From Phycisphaerae bacterium (GTDB taxonomy: Bacteria; Planctomycetota; Phycisphaerae; UBA1845; Fen-1342), in NCBI GenBank assembly GCA_963675745.2, contig CAXXWX010000015.1:192001-256000 (forward strand): a DNA stretch of 64,000 nucleotides. Reading direction: 5' to 3'. Both the position numbers and the translations under genes were made by a program. The notes under the pieces are model-generated. The model was not told the DNA's origin. It saw only the letters and a list, made by a program, of their open reading frames with translations, and did not search any database. Every line of letters starts with the position of its first letter. Within the stretch, counting starts at the first letter, position 1. Positions 57,214-64,000 of the stretch are shown here, piece by piece.

Positions 57214-57801
57214 ATGCTCGCACGCACGATACGCGCAACCCTGCTGGCGATCATTGGCTGCGGTCTGGCCGGCTGCGATGCCACGCAGAGGCGTGACACC
57301 GCCAATCCCGTCACCGCGCAGCCCGGCGCCGAATCGATGACCGCCGAAGCCGCTCAGGCGGAGGTGCCGCGCCAGAGCAGTGCTGAGTTGATGGACTACA
57401 TCGGGAACCAGCCCTTCGTAACCGCCGAGGCCGGATACCGCGCCGCGCATTTCCTTGCGCGTGGTGAGTCGTTCGATGGCGACTTCCCGGCGCTGTCGGC
57501 CGAGCTGGCCGGTGCCGCCATCATTGACGACGGCTGGCACTACGCGCCGGACTACGTATTGCGCCGGGCCGACGTCGGCTATATGATCTGCCGCGCTTGC
57601 GATATACGCACCGGCATCAACTGGCCCCTCTTCGGCCTCGGGCGCTACGCCTACCGCGAGCTGCAATATCTGAACATCGCCGGTCCGGGTGGCGAATGGG
57701 CCCTGGTCAGCGGCGGCGAATTCCAGGGCATCGTGCGCAGGGCCGACGAGTATCGGCGTCGTGCCGGCGGGCCACGCGCGGAATTGGGCCCGCAGCCCTG
57801 A
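57214..57801 (+). CDS. Lipoprotein, hypothetical
   Basis: LAGC lipobox; starts 3 nt after the barrel gene. Confidence 0.75.
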   Translation: MLARTIRATLLAIIGCGLAGCDATQRRDTANPVTAQPGAESMTAEAAQAEVPRQSSAELMDYIGNQPFVTAEAGYRAAHFLARGESFDGDFPALSAELAGAAIIDDGWHYAPDYVLRRADVGYMICRACDIRTGINWPLFGLGRYAYRELQYLNIAGPGGEWALVSGGEFQGIVRRADEYRRRAGGPRAELGPQP

Positions 57802-57879
57802 AAACCGCCACCAAGCTCGCGCACACACCTGGAATGTCAATGATCGGGGGGGCTCCAGCGCTATCGATCGGCACGCCGC

Positions 57880-58227
57880 CTAATAGGTGATCTGGTTCCG
57901 CGTGAGAACGAAGAACACGGCCGCAGATAGTGCGATCGTGATCGCGCCGGCGCTGATGAAGAACGCAAGCCACGATAGGTTGGTCTTTTTGTTACGACGC
58001 TGACCGGCCGTATACAGGCCCATGAAGAACGCCAACGCACCGGCTCCGAGCGCAACCAGCAGGCTGGCCGCGACCGCCGGAAGCCACAACGTGCCGCTGG
58101 CGTAATTAACGAAGAACTCCTCGGAGTCGAAGTTGCGCAGGATGAGGGCCACCGAGGCCAGCGATGCGAGCCCCGCGACGATCGACGCGTAAACGCTGAG
58201 CTTGGCCTGGTCCTCGTAGGTTTTCAT
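57880..58227 (-). CDS. Small three-TM membrane protein
   Basis: Three hydrophobic segments. Confidence 0.7.
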   Translation of the reverse strand: MKTYEDQAKLSVYASIVAGLASLASVALILRNFDSEEFFVNYASGTLWLPAVAASLLVALGAGALAFFMGLYTAGQRRNKKTNLSWLAFFISAGAITIALSAAVFFVLTRNQITY

Positions 58228-58450
58228 GCTGATCACGGTCGTCGTACCCCTGCTCTATGGGCTATTTGAACTCTGGGCAATACCAAGTGCGTCCCGGTGC
58301 TGGCCGGGGCAATCCCGGCCCCGCCGCAAACCTCATTATCGTCATTCTATCCCGATCACGTCGGCTGGCATCATAGCAAACTCCCCGGAGAATCACACCG
58401 CTACGCCGGCGATGATTCCGTGACGACGATGCTAATGTTACGATACGCAT

Positions 58451-59095
58451 ATGCAGGCGGGATTCTCCAACCAGCACCCGTTGCGCCTCGCGGTGCTCAT
58501 CTCGGGCGGTGGTTCGACGCTGGCGAATCTGATCAACCACATCGACGACGGGCGTCTGCGCAACACTCGCATCGTGCTCGTGATCAGCTCGCGCGGCGCG
58601 GTTCGGGGTGTCGACATCGCGCGCGAGGCGGGCTTGCCGGTGCGGATCATCCGCAGTCGGGATTTCGCCGACGCCGCCGCCCACTCGGAAGCGATCACGG
58701 CCGCCTGCGACCAAGCCACCGTCGACCTGGCCGTAATGGGTGGATTTCTGTGTCTGTGGGATTACCCCGCGCGCTACGAAGGCCGAATTCTCAATATCCA
58801 TCCGTCACTTCTTCCGCGACATGGTGGCAAGGGCTTGTACGGACATCGCGTACATCAGGCTGTCTTGAGGCATGGCGACAGCGAGAGCGGCTGTAGCGTG
58901 CACCTCGTGGACCACGAGTACGATCATGGACCAATCATCGGGCAGCGCCGAGTCCCGGTATTGCCGGACGACGACCCTGATACGCTGGCCCAGCGCGTCG
59001 GCGTCCAGGAGCGCGAGCTATATCCACAGATTATTCAGCGGGTGGCAGATCACGGCCTGGAGTGGCTGAAACACGCCGGCAGCCGTACCACCTGA
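58451..59095 (+). CDS. purN: Phosphoribosylglycinamide formyltransferase
   Basis: LAVLISGGGSTL; ILNIHPSLLP; HQAVL; SGCSVHLVDHEYDHGPII. Confidence 0.96.
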   Translation: MQAGFSNQHPLRLAVLISGGGSTLANLINHIDDGRLRNTRIVLVISSRGAVRGVDIAREAGLPVRIIRSRDFADAAAHSEAITAACDQATVDLAVMGGFLCLWDYPARYEGRILNIHPSLLPRHGGKGLYGHRVHQAVLRHGDSESGCSVHLVDHEYDHGPIIGQRRVPVLPDDDPDTLAQRVGVQERELYPQIIQRVADHGLEWLKHAGSRTT

Positions 59096-59125
59096 CCGGC
59101 CAGGTCGAGATCAGCGACCTGCGGA

Positions 59126-60232
59126 CTACTCCTCGGGAGCCTTGCCGCTCTCGGCCGGGCCACTCGCCGGTCTGGCGGCCAGACACAATTGGCTCAGGGC
59201 GGCGAGTTGCTTGCGGACAGGCTCCACGTCCGTGCTGTCGCGCAACAGCGTCTCGATCTGCGCGGCCAATTCCGTGATCACCTGGAAGCCATACGATCCG
59301 GCCTGACCCTTGAGCGATCGCACGATCTGGGTGATGGCCGACACATCGCTCGCCGCGGTGGCGCTCTTGAGTTCGGCAATGCGCGCCGGCAGTTCGGACA
59401 CGAAATGGTCGATCAACTCGACCATATCCGGCTCTCCGGCAAGGCTGCTGACGAGCGGCTCTCCGGCAAGGCTGGTCAACAGGGCCACGAGTGCCTGCCG
59501 GCACACCGGCTTGGGCAGGAAGCGTGTGCAGCCGGCCTCGAAACAGCGCTTACGGTCCTCTGGATCGGGCAGCGCGGTCAGGGCCACAATTGGCCCCGAA
59601 TACCCGGCACTGCGCATCTGCTTGACCGTTTCGAAACCGTTCATCTCAGGCATGTCCATATCGACGATGGCGACATCAAAGCTCGCCCCGTCGGTCAGCT
59701 CCAAGGCGCGTTTTCCGCTTTCGGCGTATGTCACCTCGGCGTTGATGCCGGCGAGGAGTTTCTCGACGAGCTGGGGGATGGCCGGATCATCGTCCACGAG
59801 CAGTACGCGCGAGGTCTGGGCTTCCGCCGAGAACCGCGCAACCTCGATGGGCCGGTCGAATTTCACGCCGACTTCGTACACGCACCCCGAGCCCTCGATA
59901 TAGCGGCAGCGTGTAACCTGCCCGTTGACAAGCTGGGGATCATGTCTGGTCGAGAGCAGACGCAGCCGGCATGGTGTCGATGGGTGCACGAAATGGCCCA
60001 GGAGAAAGCCCAGCCCGTCACGGCTGATATTGCGCGTGGGTACCAGGTATTGGGTCGGTCGCCCCCCGCGCGGCGACAGTTCGACGCGGATGGCGGTCAG
60101 GCGATAGCGCAACCTGTCCGACTGACGGGCGCAGGCGTGCTTGTTCGACTTGTTGGCGTTGTCGAGCAAATCCAGGTAGGCGGCGATTTCGTCGTCGTCC
60201 TTCCTGATTCGCAATGGGCGGCTACTGTCCAT
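59126..60232 (-). CDS. PilZ-like + receiver + Hpt domain signalling protein
   Basis: RQSDR and NISRDG (PilZ motifs); VLLVDDD, VDMDMP, FLPKP (REC); SLKGQAGSYGF (Hpt-like); GGAG RBS before ATG 60232. Confidence 0.85.
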   Translation of the reverse strand: MDSSRPLRIRKDDDEIAAYLDLLDNANKSNKHACARQSDRLRYRLTAIRVELSPRGGRPTQYLVPTRNISRDGLGFLLGHFVHPSTPCRLRLLSTRHDPQLVNGQVTRCRYIEGSGCVYEVGVKFDRPIEVARFSAEAQTSRVLLVDDDPAIPQLVEKLLAGINAEVTYAESGKRALELTDGASFDVAIVDMDMPEMNGFETVKQMRSAGYSGPIVALTALPDPEDRKRCFEAGCTRFLPKPVCRQALVALLTSLAGEPLVSSLAGEPDMVELIDHFVSELPARIAELKSATAASDVSAITQIVRSLKGQAGSYGFQVITELAAQIETLLRDSTDVEPVRKQLAALSQLCLAARPASGPAESGKAPEE

Positions 60233-60380
60233 TTGTACTCCAAGCCACGGCGCCGCTGACTGCCGGCCGGCAGCTCTCGCGGTGGCCATACCTCCGGCGC
60301 TTCATTACATGACATCGTGCCGGGTCGGCGTGAGCTTCATCAGGAGTATCACGCTGGCGGGGCGCGCGATCTGTGCCGGA

Positions 60381-60809
60381 CTATCGACCGACCACGCTGA
60401 GCAGGTGCCGGTCCAGAAAACACTGGGTAGGGGCGTCAAAACAGTAGTCGCGCAATTGCGGCACGAGCACCCAGCGCGACTCGACGTGCTGCATCAACCT
60501 GCTATCGGAGAGGTCCGGGTGGCACACGAAGTACCGATATTTCGCCGTGCGGAAACCCAGGTTGTAGCTGCAGCTCTGGCTTCCGGCCAACCGCACGATG
60601 TTCGAATCGAACAGCTCCCGACATATTCGCAGCAGACCATTGACCGCCGACTCCCCCGCTCTCAACTGCACGCCGGGAAACCCCCAGGCCGCATCGGAAT
60701 ACGTCCTGGTAATCAACACCTCACGGCCGCCGCGCAGAAACAGGGCCCGGACCTCGGAATACGTCGTGTGCGGGGTACATTGCATGCGCGCACGGTAGTG
60801 GCCTGCCAC
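60381..60809 (-). CDS. NUDIX-fold protein with degenerate Nudix box
   Basis: EVLITR..WGFPGVQLRAGESAVNGLLRICREL; RWV..L..Y.F. Confidence 0.6.
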   Translation of the reverse strand: MAGHYRARMQCTPHTTYSEVRALFLRGGREVLITRTYSDAAWGFPGVQLRAGESAVNGLLRICRELFDSNIVRLAGSQSCSYNLGFRTAKYRYFVCHPDLSDSRLMQHVESRWVLVPQLRDYCFDAPTQCFLDRHLLSVVGR

Positions 60810-60910
60810 GCTGATGTCCAGCTCGCATGGCGTGCGCCGGGCACAACGATTAGGATACCCCGCTGCGTCGCACGGCGACGGCGCTGTTCCACGGTGTACT
60901 GGCGGGAAGC

Positions 60911-61849
60911 ATGATGCGCGTTCTCATTACCGGATCAAGTGGGCAAATTGGCACTAACGTCGGGTTGGCACTGCTGGAGCGCGGCGATGATGTTGTGGGA
61001 GTGGACATCCGCCCCAACACGTGGACCGACCGCATTCCGACCGTGACGTGCGACCTGCGACGTCACCAGGACGGAGATCTGCCGGTCGACGGCAAGTTCG
61101 ACGCCGTCCTGCATCTGGCAGCCCATGCCAAGGTGTTCGAGCTGGTCGAGAATCCGCGGCGCGCGATGCATAATGTCGAGACGCTCTTCGCCGCGCTCGA
61201 GTTCGCGCGGGTGAACGGCAACACGCCGTTTATCTTTGGCAGTTCGCGCGAGGTTTACGGCGACATCCACCAGCACGTAACCGACGAGGCCCAGGCTGAT
61301 TTCGTGGTCGCCGAGAGCCCCTATAGCGCGTCGAAGATCTCCGGCGAGGCGTTCATCTATTCATACGCCGAGTGCTATGAACTGCCGTGCCTGGTGTTTC
61401 GTTTCAGTAATGTCTATGGCCGCTATGACTGCGATATCGAGCGCATGGAGCGCGTGATCCCGCTGTTCATCCGGCGGATCGCGCAGGGGGAGCGGATCGT
61501 CGTTTACGGCCGTGAGAAGGTGCTCGATTTCACGTATGTGGATGATTGCGCGCGGGGCGTGCTGGCGGGCATAGACGCCGTCGTCGCGCGCCGCATACTG
61601 CGTGAGACCATAAACCTGGCGTGTGGGCAGGGCTCGACGCTCGTCGATCTGGTGAATCTGATCGGACTGTCATTACAGACAGAGCCCAATGTGCAGTATG
61701 AACCGTCCCGGCAAGGAGAGGTAACGCGCTACGTGGCGGACATCGCGAAAGCGCGTGATCTGCTCGAGTATGCGCCGCGCACACCGCTGACGGCCGGCGT
61801 GCCACTGAGCGTGCGCTGGCAGCGAGAAAGCGGCATGCTCGAAATCTGA
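60911..61849 (+). CDS. NAD-dependent epimerase/dehydratase (extended SDR)
   Basis: ITGSSGQIG; HLAA; SSREVYG; YSASK; FRFSNVYG; DFTYVDD. Confidence 0.93.
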   Translation: MMRVLITGSSGQIGTNVGLALLERGDDVVGVDIRPNTWTDRIPTVTCDLRRHQDGDLPVDGKFDAVLHLAAHAKVFELVENPRRAMHNVETLFAALEFARVNGNTPFIFGSSREVYGDIHQHVTDEAQADFVVAESPYSASKISGEAFIYSYAECYELPCLVFRFSNVYGRYDCDIERMERVIPLFIRRIAQGERIVVYGREKVLDFTYVDDCARGVLAGIDAVVARRILRETINLACGQGSTLVDLVNLIGLSLQTEPNVQYEPSRQGEVTRYVADIAKARDLLEYAPRTPLTAGVPLSVRWQRESGMLEI

Positions 61850-61915
61850 GCCCCGGCGCCCGGGACTGGCGCTCGATACAACGCTGACCTGGTGCATGGC
61901 GTAACGACCAAAGCA

Positions 61916-61996
61916 TGGGCCACTGCTCTCGAGCAGTGCTGAGCCTGCTGGGCACACCGAGAGCGCCGGGAGACGCCGCTCAAGAGCAGTGGCACA
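61916..61996. repeat. Inverted pair of 23-bp palindromic REP-like units (REPIN-like)
   Basis: TGGGCCACTGCTCTCGAGCAGTG (61916-61938) versus the reverse complement of 61974-61996, TGTGCCACTGCTCTTGAGCGGCG; 19/23 identical. Confidence 0.65.
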
Positions 61997-62015
61997 GCGG
62001 CCCGTCAATTGAGGG

Positions 62016-63071
62016 TTGACAAAGCACTTGCCGCCCGCGAAGACCATGATCCGCAAGCGCCCTGATCTACGCCACTGGCGCCGTTTGCTCGCGCCGCTCT
62101 CCGCCGCCTATGGTGGGGTCATCCGGTTGCGCAATCGACGCTACGATCGCGCCGGTGCGGCCCGGCACGCCGGCATCCCGGTGATCAGTGTGGGCAACAT
62201 CACGACCGGCGGCACCGGCAAAACTCCGACGGTGATTGAGATTGTCAGCCGGCTGCGCGCCATGCAGCGCCGACCGGCCATCCTGACCCGTGGTTACGGC
62301 GCCCAGCCGGGCCAGACGGCTGACGAGGTGCTGGAGTTCGAGAAAGCCCTGCCGGGTGTGGCGGTCGTCGTCAACCCGGATCGCGTCGCGGGGGCGGCGA
62401 TCGCACGCCGGCAGCATGATGCCGACGTGTTGGTACTCGACGATGGTTTTCAGCATCGCCGGCTGGCGCGCGACCTGGACATCGTGCTGATTGATGCGCT
62501 GAATCCGTGGGGTGGCGCAGCGCTGCTGCCCGCCGGCAATCTGCGCGAACCGTTGACCGGCCTGCGCCGCGCCGGGTTGTTCGTGATATCGCGCGCGAAC
62601 CAGGTCACGCCGGCGCGTATCGACGAAATCGAAACGAGGCTGCGTCACTATGGACGCGCGCCGCTTATTATTCACACGACGATCGCCGCGACGCAGATCG
62701 AGTACCAGGACGGGCACACCGAGGATGCCGCGGCACTGGCCGGCCTGCGCGTGCAACCGGTGTGTGGATTGGGCAACCCCGAGACGTTTACACGCCTGCT
62801 GACACCGCTGGCCGCCTGTGTCCGATCGGTGCTCCCGTTCCCCGACCACCATCGCTACACCCGGCGGGATGCGGATGTTATTGCGCGGACCGCGCAGGCG
62901 CGCGGCAGCGACGTGGTGGTGACAACGCGCAAGGATTGGGCGAAACTATCCGCCGTCTGGCCGGCCGCGCCCGACCGTCCATCATTGGTGCGGCTTGATG
63001 TGCGGGTCTGCTTTCCCGAAGACAGCCCGCTGGACCCATGTCTGCGCGAGGTGCTGGAGGAAACCGCGTGA
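62016..63071 (+). CDS. lpxK: Tetraacyldisaccharide 4'-kinase
   Basis: VISVGNITTGGTGKTP; LTRGYG; LDDGFQHRRLARD; LPAGNLREP; FPDHH; TTRKD. Confidence 0.95.
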   Translation: MTKHLPPAKTMIRKRPDLRHWRRLLAPLSAAYGGVIRLRNRRYDRAGAARHAGIPVISVGNITTGGTGKTPTVIEIVSRLRAMQRRPAILTRGYGAQPGQTADEVLEFEKALPGVAVVVNPDRVAGAAIARRQHDADVLVLDDGFQHRRLARDLDIVLIDALNPWGGAALLPAGNLREPLTGLRRAGLFVISRANQVTPARIDEIETRLRHYGRAPLIIHTTIAATQIEYQDGHTEDAAALAGLRVQPVCGLGNPETFTRLLTPLAACVRSVLPFPDHHRYTRRDADVIARTAQARGSDVVVTTRKDWAKLSAVWPAAPDRPSLVRLDVRVCFPEDSPLDPCLREVLEETA

Positions 63072-64000
63072 AACTCGATTTCTCGAAGATGCGCATGAAA
63101 TCCCGTGGCCGTCGCACGCACAAAGTCGATACTGCGTCGCTGGTCGCACCGCCCGCGGCAGGCGTGTCGTTTGCCGACTGGTTCGCCACACTGCCGGGCT
63201 TTCTTGGCGCAAACGAGTTGCGCGCAACGGTCGATGCCATCGTGGCCGCGCGCCGCGCCGACCGTCCGGTCGTATTTGCGTTCGGCGGTCATGTGATAAA
63301 AACGGGTTGCGGCCCGTTGGTGGTGGATCTGATCGAGCGCGGGATTGTCACGTCTATCGCAACAAACGGCTCGGGCGCGATCCACGACCTGGAGTTGGCC
63401 GAAACCGGCGCCACGAGTGAAGAGGTCGGTGAGACCATCCGTGATGGCAGCTTCGGCATGGTTTTCGAGACTTGCGAGCGCATGGGCACCGCCGCCCGGC
63501 TCGGCGCGGACGGACGCGGCCTGGGTCGCGCCCTTGGAGACCTGCTGAACGAAGCCGAGGCGCCCTACCGCAGTGTGAGCATCATGGCCGCCGCGGCGCG
63601 CGCCGGCGTGCCGGCGACAGTTCATGTCGCGATCGGTACCGACACCGTACACATGCACCCGGACGCCGACGGAGCGGCGATCGGGGCCGCCAGCATCGCC
63701 GACTTCCGCACGCTCTGTGGCGTGGTCGCCGATATGACCGCCGCCGCTGACGGCGCCGCGGGCGGCGTGTGGCTCAATGTCGGCTCCGCCGTGATCATGC
63801 CCGAGGTCTTCCTCAAGGCCGTCTCCATCGCGCGAAACCTGGGTCATTCGCTGGCCGGCATGCACACGGCGAATTTCGACATGTTGCGGCACTACCGTCC
63901 CCAGCAGAACGTCGTCACCCGCCCGGTTGATAAGGGCCATGGACACACGATCATCGGGCATCACGAGATTATGCTGCCGCTGCTGCGCCAGGCGATCATC
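63068..64000 (+). CDS. Conserved hypothetical, deoxyhypusine-synthase-like fold protein; 3' end runs off the window
   Basis: GTG overlaps the lpxK stop (GTGA). Manual translation: MKLDFSKMR...FGGHVIKTG...ATNGSGAIHDLE...SEEV...GSFGM...VAIGTD..HMHP...NVGSAVIMPEVFLKA...GHHEIMLPLL. Confidence 0.75.
   Translation, partial: MKLDFSKMRMKSRGRRTHKVDTASLVAPPAAGVSFADWFATLPGFLGANELRATVDAIVAARRADRPVVFAFGGHVIKTGCGPLVVDLIERGIVTSIATNGSGAIHDLELAETGATSEEVGETIRDGSFGMVFETCERMGTAARLGADGRGLGRALGDLLNEAEAPYRSVSIMAAAARAGVPATVHVAIGTDTVHMHPDADGAAIGAASIADFRTLCGVVADMTAAADGAAGGVWLNVGSAVIMPEVFLKAVSIARNLGHSLAGMHTANFDMLRHYRPQQNVVTRPVDKGHGHTIIGHHEIMLPLLRQAII

Overview
High-GC bacterial genomic window. The gene content suggests Planctomycetota, probably Phycisphaerae (inference): TIGR02999-type ECF sigma/Ser-Thr kinase pairs, DCNxNGVPDEC repeats, C-terminal 'GDLNCDG..NNGDID' dockerin-like tags, and lpxK. 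1-19.3 kb: secreted surface-protein genes (multi-module beta-helix protein, C10 peptidase, a frameshifted fibre-like protein, a 1606-aa PPC/P-domain protein) around an ECF-kinase pair. 19.7-39.2 kb: the most unusual block, made of two divergent operons. The left arm encodes an FHA-FHA-ABC transporter, two CsgG/FlgT-like exported proteins, a membrane Ser/Thr kinase and an M48 peptidase. The right arm encodes a membrane protein, a membrane-anchored degenerate ClpB-NBD2-like AAA+, an intact stand-alone NBD2 AAA+, a VirD4/TraD-like coupling ATPase, a 38-aa membrane peptide and a TNT/ART-like putative toxin with a basic tail. A second ECF-kinase pair closes the block. No VirB or relaxase genes are visible, so this is a candidate undescribed protein-translocation/toxin-delivery system. 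39.4-64 kb: mostly housekeeping genes (GH88/105, tRNA-Lys, KtrAB, FGE-sulfatase paralogs, MacAB-like ABC, CYTH, purN, lpxK), plus a candidate anti-Shine-Dalgarno sRNA and REP-like repeats. All family calls come from motif recognition by eye; no database searches were run.
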